Notes under the pieces: generated by a model | What the model was told of the DNA's origin: nothing | The model's database searches: none | What the model saw: the letters and a program-made list of their open reading frames with translations, nothing else | Program-made: the position numbers and the translations under genes | Shown here: in pieces, positions 13,306 through 26,000 of the stretch | Layout of the letters: every line of letters starts with the position of its first letter | Position numbering within the stretch: position 1 is the stretch's first letter | From: Cenococcum geophilum | Taxonomy: Eukaryota | Assembly (NCBI GenBank): GCA_050273025.1 | Contig: CP158635.1 | Span: forward strand, 5,208,001 to 5,272,000 | Direction of reading: 5' to 3' | DNA: 64,000 bases

Positions 13306-14450
13306 TCAGCGGAAGTCTTGCCAAACTCTCGGGTAACTCATACCTTCTCCATTCATTAAACCGTAAATATAACATTCACCTTTAAACACATGATATCTCC
13401 CCTCCTGTCGCAAGATAAAAGGAACTTGTCCACCGTGAAGTATGCAGATTTTGTCTCCTTCTCTCACATCGTAACGAGCTAGGCCTATATAACCTTGCTT
13501 TGAAAGAAAGAACCCTCGAGAATTAAGCACCATCTTAAGAATGCTGCCCGAAATGAAAGAGATCTCTGTATCCAACTCATCCTGAATAGGCCAGGATACG
13601 GCAAAACCACGCACACATCGTCTTCGTACCTGCCCTATGTCCACAACAAGTGTATGGAGAAAGGCTTCGTGTGGTCTCTACTGTGTGATACCTACTTCCA
13701 AGCTCTACTTTAATCCATGAATGCCAGAGCCGTATGGTCGATGAGGTAAACGGACAGGCAAATTTTCACCGAGTTTTAAAACTATGTAAAATGTAGACCC
13801 TCGTACAAACAATGTTTGAAAATCCTTATCGAGATGAACTGCTGTAGGATAGTGGCTACTTGCTTTATATACCTTATTTGAAAAGTCATTTTGGACTTCA
13901 TTCTTTATGAAAGGCGTGGCTTCCAGTGATCTATTTGGACTGGAGCGGCGTGGATCCGGCGTGGAGCGCCGTTGGAGCGCCAGTTTACGTTTATCAATTA
14001 TAGGTTTAGCACTTTCCTATAATGGATAAACGTAAACTGGCGCTCCAACGGCGCTCCACGCTGGATCCACGCCGCTCCAGTCCAAATACTGGTGGCTTCT
14101 AGATCCATTGTCTAATTAGGGATCCAGGAAGGTAGAGGCCGCTTGGGGACCAAAGACGGAGGGAAGAGTCCGAAGGGTGACCATGACTGGGGTTCCGTAC
14201 GGTGTCCTAGGATATTCAAATTCCGGTCTGCTTCGATTAAGGCATTTGCGAACTTCGTGTATCCTTTATCGAGGGAGATGGAGTAGTCCGGGTTCCTAGC
14301 CTGTCTCTGAGTACCGGTCGCTAATCCTAGCGGTGCAAAGAGCTTGTCCCTTGAGTCTAGTGCTTTACACGTCCGTGAATTCTTGAGGAGCGAGAGTACT
14401 TAGAGGGGCAACCATGACGTAAATACTAAAATTGTAAGATAATCATAGTT
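13306..14450 (-). pseudogene. HET-6-like heterokaryon incompatibility gene remnant (C-terminal portion)
   Basis: C-terminal GYIGLA..V.EGDKICILHGGQVPFILR..GECYIYGLMNGE. Upstream LPSWIPN*(W) and SRDKLFAPLGLA..PDYS motifs, with stops, frameshifts and a MITE insertion. Confidence 0.75.
13934..14086. mobile_element. Foldback MITE (Tc1/mariner type, TA TSD) inserted in the HET pseudogene
   Basis: Arms 13932-14004 and 14016-14088 (including flanking TA) are inverted repeats with 2 mismatches around an 11-nt loop. Confidence 0.85.
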
Positions 14451-14657
14451 CAAATTTAAGCTGAGGTTACTCCAGTATGGTTAGGGTTTTTGTAAGGGAA
14501 ATAGAACAGCAGGGGTAGATATAATGCACAAGGCAAAAGAGTGTATCGAGACGAATATACAAGGGCGGTCCACAAACGGGTCAGACGCCCCCCGCTAGTA
14601 TGTGTGTCAGAATAAGCAAGCCCTAAAGAGTTATTTTACTTACCATACTAGTAAGGG

Positions 14658-15252
14658 CCAGCGGCCCCAGTAATGAATGGATTGATATTTTGACCAAATA
14701 TCCATCATTATCATTAAGGGAGCCAAAATATTGCGATACGAATGGATATTCGCGATATAGCTTATATACGTACTTACCTGAGCTCTATCACCAGTCTTGG
14801 CATTACCCCTTTATTGCTCTCCAGCAGTTTCCTCTTACTTTTTACCCACAACTCTAACACGAAATATAGCGCATAAAATTAACACTACGCATATACTTTA
14901 GCATTCTTTTACTACAATACTATACCACGACAAGGTGTCAATCGGTAGTCCGTGCACCGATTGTAAGAAAAGAAGGACTCGTGTAAAGATTGATCTATGA
15001 AGAAAAAGAGGCTATATACACATAGCGTAGGTGCAGACAATAGGGGGGGAACAGGGGGTATACAATACATCTGAAACAGGGTGGTAGTACAACCTGATTC
15101 AAATCGACACAAGGCTTTAACTTTCCTATATATATTCATAAGCTTATGGATATTCATTCATAAGGATTTCAAAATATCCAATCGTTATCACTTACTTATG
15201 AATGAATATATCGTTAAGAAGCAATGGATATAAATATCATTGGGACCCCTGG
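14658..15252. mobile_element. Probable non-autonomous hAT-like relic
   Basis: Imperfect inverted ends CCAGCGGCCCCAGTAA / TCATTGGGACCCCTGG with repeated subterminal ATGGAT(A)/ATATCCA motifs. No TSD seen. Confidence 0.4.
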
Positions 15253-15449
15253 CTTTAAGCATTACCCTCATGTTGCACTGAGCACACAATAGATATGGCC
15301 GGAATATTTTGAGTTGGTATAATGCACGAGAGGAGCTGATCTTCTATCATAATGAGGCAGCGCGAAGTACCCTAAATAATGACAACGGACGTAAATGGGG
15401 TTGTTTTGGGGAACTTCCAACGCTGCTGGAAAGCCGCTATTACACAACC

Positions 15450-17068
15450 GTGGTATTGATTAGTGATATTAGATATTGAATATTGAACATTCAATATTAA
15501 TATTAATACGATATGTTTAATACTGAAAGATATTGAATATTAAATATTTTTAGAGTTGAGGTGGTAAAAATAAGGTAGATGTATTAGTAAATGGCTCTCG
15601 GGCCTCCTTATAATGCGTACGCATTTCAGATTTGTTAGGTAAACCTATAGAAAGTAGATCTTAAAGACATCGCGCACAACATCGTTTAATTTTAACGATT
15701 TTTATAACCCCCTATACACCCACCCTTTGATTAACGCTATGCCTCCCTTATCTACTATTGTAATTAAGGACGATAATACTTCCTCCTCTGCCATTTCTAA
15801 GCTTGGTTCTGATTAGTTTACCCACTCTAGCAACGACGACGCGTTAAGCGACTCTACACTAAATACACCACCCGTAACCACACCTAAGTCGCCTCGTAAA
15901 AGGCGTAGGTTAGCTACTTCTACTTAGAATAGCGCTGCAGTGGCTTAATCAAACTTGCAGAGTTGACTACCCACGACTAATATATTATCCAGTGCTTTCA
16001 TCAAACCGGACCCTTATCGACGGTTGTTTGGTTTGATTGATTTGGTCCAATTAAGGTTTATTTAATATAGATCAAACCAATTAAACAAACTGATTGGACC
16101 AAATCAATCGTCTATTGGTTTAATAAATTGCTGGAACAGCCTTCCTGCCCTTATTATGAGCTAGTTACTTTAGAAACTAATCTCTTAGTGGAAATGAAGC
16201 TCTAGCAGGATAGTAGAGAGCCAATAGCCATAGATATTAGAGGCGTTAAAATCCTTTAAGCCTCGTGCCAGTGCTAGGTAGAAGGCGCCCGTTGCTAGGT
16301 AGGAGGCGCCCGTTGCTAGGTAGAAGGCGCCTATTGCTTGGTATAAGGGTGCCTGCGCTATATGGCGTGGATATTATTATAATTAAACCAATTAATAATA
16401 ATTAATAATGATAATTATATTATTAATAAAACTTTATTAGATTAATAGGAGCACTGCACGAAGGTTTACAGCTATAGGCTTGCAGCTAGAGTAATATAAA
16501 CAATTAATTATCAAACTAGATCAATCGAGTTTGGTTTGATTGATAGTTATTAAACCAAATAAACTCAGTTTGATATCAATCAAACGTCTGATAAGATGGT
16601 TTGAACCGTTTGGGTTTGGTTTGATGAAAGCACTGATATTATCTATACCGTTAATATTAGCAGAGGCCGAACAAGTCTTTTTAGGTATACGGTAAACAGT
16701 CTTATGGGACCGCATATTATTAGGGAGTACGAATATTAAACGTACGGAGTGCTTAAAAAGCTGGCTATAAAGTAATATTACTGCCGGGGGGAGGCTTATG
16801 GTGACGAATGTAGTACGAGAGGCTTCTGAGCTCTTGGCAGAATCTAGAGAGCAGCCGACATCTGCTATACCACGCCAAGGACCACGAAGGTGACGATGGT
16901 GGTGAGAGAGCAGTCGCGAGAGAACAGCTATTTTGAAGCTCTACCAGAGCCCGGGGACATGGAGCGTTCTTTCAATTAAAACACTATGCTAAGACTGTAC
17001 TATATTCAATATTCAATATCAATATCAATACGGCCGAATACTGATATTGAATACTGATAAAAGCACTG
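15450..17068 (+). mobile_element. Internally deleted hAT transposon (left end not resolved)
   Basis: Right TIR ..GATAAAAGCACTG ends at 17068. ATATTGA/TCAATAT subterminal repeats at both ends. RIP-degraded hAT dimerization motif ILSIPLILAEAEQVF..TECLKSWL at 16636-16770. Confidence 0.7.
15990..16635. mobile_element. Non-autonomous hAT element nested in the hAT relic
   Basis: 18-bp TIR CAGTGCTTTCATCAAACC / GGTTTGATGAAAGCACTG; 8-bp TSD ATATTATC (15982-15989, 16636-16643); internal 21-bp tandem repeat at ~16275-16340. Confidence 0.9.
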
Positions 17069-17070
17069 GC

Positions 17071-17937
17071 TTACCGCTTCGGTAAGTCCATCAGCAAGGG
17101 CGGATCACTGCAACCTCTATCTCGATCTCCCCATTCCAAATGCGCCATCTCCTGGCATTCGTCCCTGCATCTACACCACTTTCCACCCAGATTTTGTATA
17201 ACATAACACCTCTCGTCCATCAAGCCTGCGTTGTAGTATCCTTTCAGGCCTTCGCCAAACTTCTCTTCAGCTTTCGTCAGATTGACGTAGCACCCTCCTC
17301 TTCCGTCCTCTGGCCATCCAAAGGCCAGGTCATTCTTGATCTGCGGCTCGAAGCAATCCTCCAACGTCTCACATGCGAATTTGTGCGGACCCTGGCGAGA
17401 CTCGAAATTTGGAGGGAGATCCCACCACTGGGCTCCAACCATACGCAATTGGTTGCAGAATGCATCCTCAGCCGCGCCGCGGTGAGGCGATGACCGTTGG
17501 ACTTCCTTGTAGCGGCTGAGTCCTAGAAAGTCAATCTCCAATGGGTCCGCGTGCTTGATCCAGATGCCCCCAGTGCTGGGCCAGCAGGCAACGCGGGCAC
17601 CGAACTTCGTGATGGTCGATCGGGCCGTGGGCTCTGCAGATCTGACACTGTATTTTGCCCTCCAGGCGGCGTAGGAAAGTGGTAAGCCCTTATCATCATA
17701 CCAGGGCCCATCAGGCTTGTTGATATCCGGATTTTGATCGTCCCGCTCTTGGTGAGATATTCGTCTCGTAGGAGAAGGCGGTTGCTCGATTTTAGAGTTG
17801 GTTAAAGAAGATCGGGCATTCTGGGAGTAAAAAATGCATGCGGCAATTGCGAAGAGGATTGGAAGACATGCTAGGGAAACACGCCAGATGATTGTATTGC
17901 TTGAAGCTGTGGGTTTTAGCTTGTTTTGTTGTGGCAT
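17071..17937 (-). CDS. Hypothetical protein with one N-terminal TM/signal anchor and Cys-rich C-terminal region (~288 aa; alternative start 17979)
   Basis: Intronless open frame with normal GC. Hydrophobic IIWRVSLACLPILFAIAACIFY, multiple Cys including WCRCRDEC. Confidence 0.7.
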   Translation of the reverse strand: MPQQNKLKPTASSNTIIWRVSLACLPILFAIAACIFYSQNARSSLTNSKIEQPPSPTRRISHQERDDQNPDINKPDGPWYDDKGLPLSYAAWRAKYSVRSAEPTARSTITKFGARVACWPSTGGIWIKHADPLEIDFLGLSRYKEVQRSSPHRGAAEDAFCNQLRMVGAQWWDLPPNFESRQGPHKFACETLEDCFEPQIKNDLAFGWPEDGRGGCYVNLTKAEEKFGEGLKGYYNAGLMDERCYVIQNLGGKWCRCRDECQEMAHLEWGDRDRGCSDPPLLMDLPKR

Positions 17938-18262
17938 GTTTGTAGTTATTTGGAGGAAGATGATCCAGGAATTAGACACTGATGAATGTTGTGATACGGC
18001 TGATATGGCTGCCTGCCTAGGCAGGCTACGTGTCCTCGATCTTTCACCAGCTCGTGGGAAATAACATTCGAAATGGATTTCTGCAGCCTTTTACGAGCTC
18101 CAACACGAGAATCAAATTAGGAGATCTGCTGCAGATAAAATGATGCCACCAAGGTACAGCCAGCGAACGCCATAGAGAACGATGTGAATCAATACAATCA
18201 ATCGAATCAGCCAGAGCGTTCGATCGGGCCGACCTCCCCCCCGAACTGAATTAGACACTATG

Positions 18263-18322
18263 GACAGGCAGGCACAGACAGGTAGGGAGGCAAGACAGGC
18301 AGGACAGGCAGGACAGGCAAGC
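18263..18322. repeat. (GACAGGCAG)n-like low-complexity repeat
   Basis: Directly visible imperfect tandem of CAGG/GACAGGCAG units. Confidence 0.6.
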
Positions 18323-20003
18323 ACTAGGCCTAGTTAGGAAATCAGCACACGGCCGGCGGATCATCGGGGACACTGTAAATCGACGATTTGGAGCCTCCGC
18401 GAGAGGCTCCTCAGTCTATCGCCCGACGCCCGAGCGATCGTAGAGCTCCTATGACAGACATAGGCGGTAGGTAGAAAGGATTAACTTAGAGCTTTACATT
18501 TTAATATAATTAAATTAGTTTTATATATTTTTTTAACTAGCTATAAATAAAGTATTAGGAGTATTAAGTTATAAATAAGAGGTATTTATACTAAGGCCTT
18601 ATATAGAGAGTACTCTAGCCTACTAACTTAAGAATTAGAAATAGCTACTTAGTTTAATAAGCTTAGCAATCTAGCGCTTACCTTTAGTATCTTTAATAAC
18701 TTAAATAGCAAACTCTACGTTTCTATACTCGTTATAAAACACTACGAATTTTATATCCTATATTAGGATTAAGTTAGTTTATTGAATTACTACGCTATAT
18801 ATATTAGGGGGGAGGGGGGAGAGGTTCTTACCCTATAGTATAAACCCTAGCTAAAACCCGCTTAATAGCTAGACTTAATATACTTACTAATTTACGTAGA
18901 AGAATAGATAATAGCTGTAAGATCTACCTAATTGTTTACTCTTATTGGTAGGCTTTTATTAATAATCTACGTGCTTAAGTTAACGGGTTAAGGGATAAAC
19001 CTCTAAGGCCTTTTTTCCTAAAGTAATTTTAGCTTATTAGCTAGCGGGCCTTTAATAAACTAAATAAGATTAGATTTTCTAATAAGAAGAAGATAGGAGA
19101 TATATTTATAACTAAGAGTATTATAACGGCTCGTATAAATGCCTCTGAACCAAAGCTTGTAGATTACTATCTAATAAAGATACTAAGCTAAGGAGAAGGA
19201 AAGGGGGTCGCGAGAGCTGGTGTTAACAAATAGGTAGCGTAAGCCGCTAAGGCGCTAGTAGTAGACAAGCCAATAGTAGGCGGGCTAATAGTAAGAAATA
19301 GTACTAGATAGTATACGATAATACTAAATAGTATGCGACAATACCAGATAGTATATAATAATACTAGATAGTATACGACAATACTAGATAGTATGCGGAA
19401 TATAACAGGTAGTAGAATATAGTAAAACTTAGCAGGTGACGCGCTCTAGCACTATTACATTACCCCCCCCCCTCCTAAAAAAGCCTGCCCTTAGGCGTTG
19501 TCCAAGCTCCTTATTATTATCTAAATCGTTATAGTTATCTAACCCTTTTTCCTAGCACTTAATCCAGTTATCTAATTTGCGTAGTAGTTTAGGGAGGTTG
19601 GGGTAGGCTAGGTAGAAGTCCTGCAGCTTATAGGGGGAGTACTTAAAGTTAGATGCGGGATACCATTCTAGGTCTTTGTTGTGGCCTACCTAGCTTATAT
19701 AGTATTTTAAGACCTTACGGTCCTTTTTAACCGCTAAGATTTCTTTAACTTTTTATTCTTCGTCCTCTGCAATCTAAATAGGTAGTAGGGGGTTATTATA
19801 TTGCCTAGGTAATAGATTATCCGTAGCTTTTTATAGCCGGTTTAGGGAAAAGATAGGGTAGATCTTTATTAATTCTGGTAGCTTAGCCTTAAAAAAGTAT
19901 CTTACTTTTTAAAGAATCTTATATAGGCTAGCTATTTAATAGTCTATCTTATAGCTTAGCCTCTAAGTTTTCTAGTTCTTTATTAATACCTATACCTTAT
20001 CTC

Positions 20004-23000
20004 TATTACGGCACTAGTAAAAACTAGTAGATTATAGCTAATAGATATTAGTGGATTATGGCGGACAGTTATAGACAGTCGTAGATAGTCGCAGACAGTT
20101 TTATACAGTTTTAAATAGTTGCCGTTACGTAACCAGAGGATCGTATATAATATTAAGCGGCGCCACCCTCTATCTCCTTTCCTCTCTTTAGCTTTAGATC
20201 CTTATTTATAGACTACCAATTATATAGGCTTGCGCGTCCCTTTTACTATACTTATACCTTAATTAACTAAATCGCTAATATTATCTAAAGCTAGTCTACT
20301 CTTCTTCCTAAGAAGGAACTTAAAAATATCTATAGACTATAAATAAGAATAGAACACAGAAATAGACCTAAAGACTATTACTAAAACTTAAAGAATAAAA
20401 TAGAACTAGAGGAATAGAAAAGAATAATAAGACCTATAGAATATGTATAGACTAGAACCCCTATAGAATTCTACTAGAAGTTACCCTAATAACTATATCA
20501 CTATGCTAAGAACTATAGCGGCCGGCAAAGCAGCCGTAGGACTCTTAAATACCTCCAATAGTAAAACAGCAACTGACTTAAACCCCTAGGTGAAGCTTAT
20601 AGCAGCCAATGCTAAAATTAAACAACTTTAAGAGCTGCTTAAAGCTAGAGAACCCCTTATACCTAGTAAAGAGTTATTAAACACCTAGAGACTTACTATA
20701 GTCCTTAAGGCCCTAGCCTAACTTATAGCATTAGCATTATTGCGGTCCGTAAAGGTCGCGGACCCCCTATTGCTTATAGACGGAACCAACCCTATATTTA
20801 ATAATTAAAAGCTTTAATTATAGGATAAGCTCGAAGTTAATACGGACTACTTCCCTACTACTTAGGCTAAAATGGCCTATGTTTTTAGCCGTACTAGTAA
20901 GGATATATAAACGCACCTACGTCCACAATACGCATAGGACTTAGTGGATCCCTTCCTCTCTAGAGAAAAGATAATTATATACCTATCTTCTATCTATAAG
21001 GACCCCTTTAAAGTATAAAACGCCTAACTTAATTATAAAAGCCTAAATATGAAAATAATAGAGACCTTCTTAGCCTTTTAGACCCGCTTTCTATATCTAG
21101 CCGGCCAGGCTTAAACTCCCTAGGAAGACCTAATACTAGACCTATTTAATAAGCTTACTCTAGACTTGCAGCAAGCCGTACTACTAGTTTTTACTACTAT
21201 ATAGACGCTAAAGGAACTTATAGACTAGTGCTTAGCTATTAACTAAGACCTCCGCTAAATTAAGGTACGCGCCAAACGGTATAAAGCCAGAAACCCTTTA
21301 AATCAGACTATAAGTAATATAAGAACGGCCCGTAATGCCTCAGCACGATTAATAACCCCTATAGCACCACCTGTACAGCCCGCCGCCAATTTAGCAGCTA
21401 GCCGTACGGCCAGTCCTACTATAGGCCCGGCGAATGCTTAGCTAATATATAGCAACCCCTATATATAGGCCCTTAGTAATTAAGGAGCTTGCTTTTCTTA
21501 TGGTTAAAAAGGTTACCATATAAAGGATTACCTAATAAACATAAAAGTGGACAAGGTTCTGTTAATCCAGGAGGATAGCGCGAAATTAGAAAAAGAGAAA
21601 CCCTAAAGGAAGACTCCTCTCTAGGGTTAAAAGGGATTAATATATTAGATATTAATCTAGGTCAGCTAGTTAGTAGATGAAGCTGCACTATCCCTTATAC
21701 TTTATTCTATAATAGATATTAAGTTTTAACCTTTACTTTAGCTAACTCTAAAGCAAATACCTTTACCTTAATAGACACTTAGTGTGCTATAAAGCTAGCT
21801 AACTTTCTAAATATACCTATTAAAGAACTGCCTAAACTAATTCCTATTTACGGGTATAACGGGCGGATAGGGCTACCTATTATAACTATCTTACGGATTT
21901 ACCTCCGTGTTAATAGACAAAGGTAGTATAATATCCCCTTCCTTATTACGGACCTAGGTAGCTATAATATAATTTTAGGGCAAAAATAGCTAGCCTATTT
22001 AGGCTTACAGCTTAATATACGGAGTAGACGGCTTATCTGGCCTAAAACCCTACCCCTAACCCCTTCCTTTATAAAAGAAATTAGCATTATAATAGAAAAT
22101 CTCATACGGCCCTAGATTAATACTATTTACTAGGCTAATGCTATGCGTAGGGACTAGGCTTTTAAGAAAGATATATAGCTTAATTCGCAACGGATCCGTA
22201 TACTATGTTGCCCCTAGACTACCTATATTACGCCACCCGCATTAAAGACCTAAAAAGTTAGTAGTAACCTAAAAAAACCCCTATAGAGAGCTTAGGCCCT
22301 ATATAGCTATAAAGAACAGTAAGGGACGTTAGATATTATACTAAACTAATAAATTAGAGGGATAACCTATAGAAGATAGAATAGGAGCTAAGAAAGATTA
22401 TAAACCCTAAACCGTAAAATACGGTCCGGAAAATAGCTATAAGGAAACCAGCGGACCTCCTACTAGTTAATATCTGCTATATTAGTGCCGTAGGATTCTA
22501 CTAGAACTTAGTTTAGCCTAATACCGTCGCCTTTATAACAAGCTTATACAAAATTAATTAAATAATTAAGGAAAAGGGAAATAAGCTTAGCGGATAAGAA
22601 AGCGAGCTTATAGATAAGGAACTAGTAGAATAAAAGCTACCCTATTAACACTAGAAATTTAAAAACGTATTCTCTAAAATAGTATCTAATATACTACTAC
22701 CTTACTAACCGTATAATTATAAGATTAAGATTAAGTAGGGCAAGGAAAACACCCTTAGCTTTAGCCCCCTTTATAAGCAGTCTATTACCAAATTATAGGC
22801 CATAAAGTAGTATCTCATTAATAACCTAAATAAGGGCTTTATTAAGCCTAGCTAAGCCCCTTTTGCCTTACCTATTCTCTTTATTAAAAAGCTAAATAGA
22901 GGACTCTGCTTCTGTATTAACTACTATAAGCTAAATAATATAACCCGTAAGGACCGCTATCCGCTACCCCTACTTAATAAGACTCTGGCCTAAATAAGTA

Positions 23001-26000
23001 GAGCTAAGGTCTTTATAAAGCTTAATATTTACTAGGCCTTTTACTAAATTAAAATAGACCCTAGGTCTAAAGATCTTACTATATTTTAGACCTATTACGA
23101 AACGTATAAATATAAGGTACTCCCTTTTAGACTAACTAACGGACTAGCTACGTACTAGCGGTATATAAATAATATACTCTTTAACTACCTTAATGACTTC
23201 TATACGGCCTATTTAGATAATATTATAATCTACTTTAAGAATAAGCTAGAATATAAGGAGCACGTCTATAAAGTCCTATAATAGCTCTACAAGACTGGCC
23301 TTTAGGTTAATATTAAAAAGTTAGAGTTTAGTGTTAAGCGTATAAAGTACCTAAGTTTTATTATTAGTACGGACGGAATTAAAACCAACCCAGAAAAGAC
23401 GGCTGTAATTAACTAGTAGGCACCCCTACGGACCGTAAAGGGGGTACAATTATTTTTAGGTTTTTATAACTTCTACTAACGCTTTATTAAGAACTATAGT
23501 AGGATCGCCTAGCCTTTTAACCGTCTTACTAGAAAAAACCAGCCCTTTTACTTTAACGCTATATATAGGCAGGCCTTTAATAAGCTTAAGAAACGGCTAG
23601 TATCGGCTCCCCTACTTGCCTATTTTAACCTAAAACGGCCCTTAATACTAAAAACTAATACCTTAGACAGCGCAATAGCTAGTATTTTTCCCAGAAGTAA
23701 CCGGACGGAGAGTAGCACCCTATTATATACTATTTAAAGACTATAATAGATACTAAGCTAAACTACCACGTCCATAATAAAGAAATGCTGGCTATTATCT
23801 CTAGCTTTTAGCACTGGCGTATATAGCTAGAGGGGACCCCTAAGCTAATTAAGGTAGTTTTAGATTATAAGGCCCTAGAATACTTTATAACAACTAAGGC
23901 CCTTATAGCCCGGTAGGCACGCTAGGCGGATACCCTATCTTAGTTTAACTTCTTAATTATATATAGACTAGGCGCTACAAACTATACGGACGCTCTTATA
24001 AGGCGTAAGTAAGACTTAGATAACTAGACGGCTATAAAGATCTTATTATAGACCTAAACGCTACTATAACTAAAACACCTTAACCCCTAGATATAGGTAG
24101 AACTAAGTATAGACTCTTTAGGCGCCAAGATATATTCTATTAACTCCTCTAAACTTAACCTTATTAATAAACTACTACAGGCTAACTAAATAACCCCCTC
24201 TCTATAGGAGTACTATAAAAGGTAAAGAACGTTACTAGCCTATAGTCCCTTAAAAACGGACTACTTAAGCACTAGAAACGGCTAGTAGTAGCTAAGGAAT
24301 AGAACTTACAGACCTAGCTTATTACCAAAGCTTATACCTAGGTCTCTACGGCCTACCCTAGAAAAAATAAGACCTATAAGATTATTAGCAACCGCTACTA
24401 CTAGCCTAGAATAGTTATAGATATTAACTACTATATACAGAACTATAACGACTACCGTAGATCTATAATTCTACAAGACAAGACCCTAGAACTATTAAAA
24501 CCACTCTTAATACTAGAACGCCCCTAGCAGTATATCTCTATAAACTTTTATAAACTACCTACGGACCGTAACGGATACGATATATTTATAATCCTAGTTA
24601 ACCGCTTTAGCAAGCGCCCGTTCTTAATCCCCTGTTATAAAAATATTAATACTAAAGAGGCGGCCTAACTATATATCTACTACGTCTACTAAATTTACGG
24701 ACTACTAGATACTATTATATCCAATTACGGGCCGTAATTTATTTCGGCTTTTTAGAATAAGTTTACCTAAATCTTAGGCATTAAGCTAAAGCTTTTTATA
24801 GTATACTACCCCCAGATAAATAGTTAGACAGAAATTATAAATCAATACTTAGACTAGAGACTTCGGCCCTTTATTAACTACTTTTAAGATAACTAGGCCG
24901 AACTGCTACCCCTAATAGACTACGCCCAAGCGACCCTACCTTACAACTCTATAGGATTTGCCCCTATTTAGCTAGAAATGGGCTACTTACCTTATATAAG
25001 CTTTAACTAGGAAAGACCAAAGGGACCCAGACTATACGCGAAAAACTATCTTATAAGGAAGCCTAGTAGTACGCTAAGCGCTTAGAAGAAGCTTAGATAG
25101 TAGCCCATACAAATCTAAAAAAGGCCCAGAAATTAATATAATAGTAGGCGAATAAACATAGGCAAGAGCCTAACTTTGCTATAGAAGATATAGTCTAGGT
25201 TATAATAAAGAACTAAAAGACGGAACGACCTAGCCATAAGCTAAACTATTAGATAGTAGGACCGTATAAGGTTCTTAAGAAGATAGGCAACGCGTATAAA
25301 GTAAAGCTCCCAAATTTAATTAAAGTTTACCCTATTTTTTCTCTAGATAAACTACGAAAAGCCGCAAATAACCTATTACCTAAACAAAAAAATAAACCTC
25401 CCCTGCCGATCTAAGTTAATGGTAATAATAAATAGGAAATTAAAGAGATACTGGCCTGTAAGCTTATAAGGGGAACGTTAAAATATTATATTAGTTAGAA
25501 AGGGTATAACCTAGACCCCACTTAGTACCCTATATAGAACTTTATAGGTAGTCCCTATAAGCTTTAGGAATTTTATAGTTATTACCCCAATAAACCCGGA
25601 CCCCTAAAGTACCTTAATAAGTAGATAAAGTGCTAGAATAGCGAAGATAATAAGCTGCCTATTAAGCATAAAGATAAGAATACCCTATAGATATAATATG
25701 GACGTATAAAGCCTAAGGGCAGGCTTTTTTAGAGGGGGAAGTAATGTTACGGCACTAGTGGAAACTGGTGGATTATGGCTAGAAGGTCTCCCGCCAGCGT
25801 GCACGTCCCTACAGCGTGCACGTGCATTTACCCACAAGATAGAAAACTTCAAAATTAATTATCTCTATTAATTCTTTACTAAATCACATAAAAATGAATT
25901 CATTATCTTTACAAAACGTGCCTCTTTTAGCTCCTACAACGCTAGTACAACAGCCCCATTATATAACACTCGCAAGGCGTGCATAAGGTAAAATTAACCC

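Noticed and set aside
18385..18445. Hammerhead ribozyme suggested by minus-strand CTGAGGA plus stem
   Set aside because: The required GAAA after stem II is absent (TCCAAA) and no valid stem III/cleavage triplet forms.
19290..19400. CRISPR-like periodic repeats
   Set aside because: Head-to-tail minisatellite with no unique spacers, inside a eukaryotic LTR.
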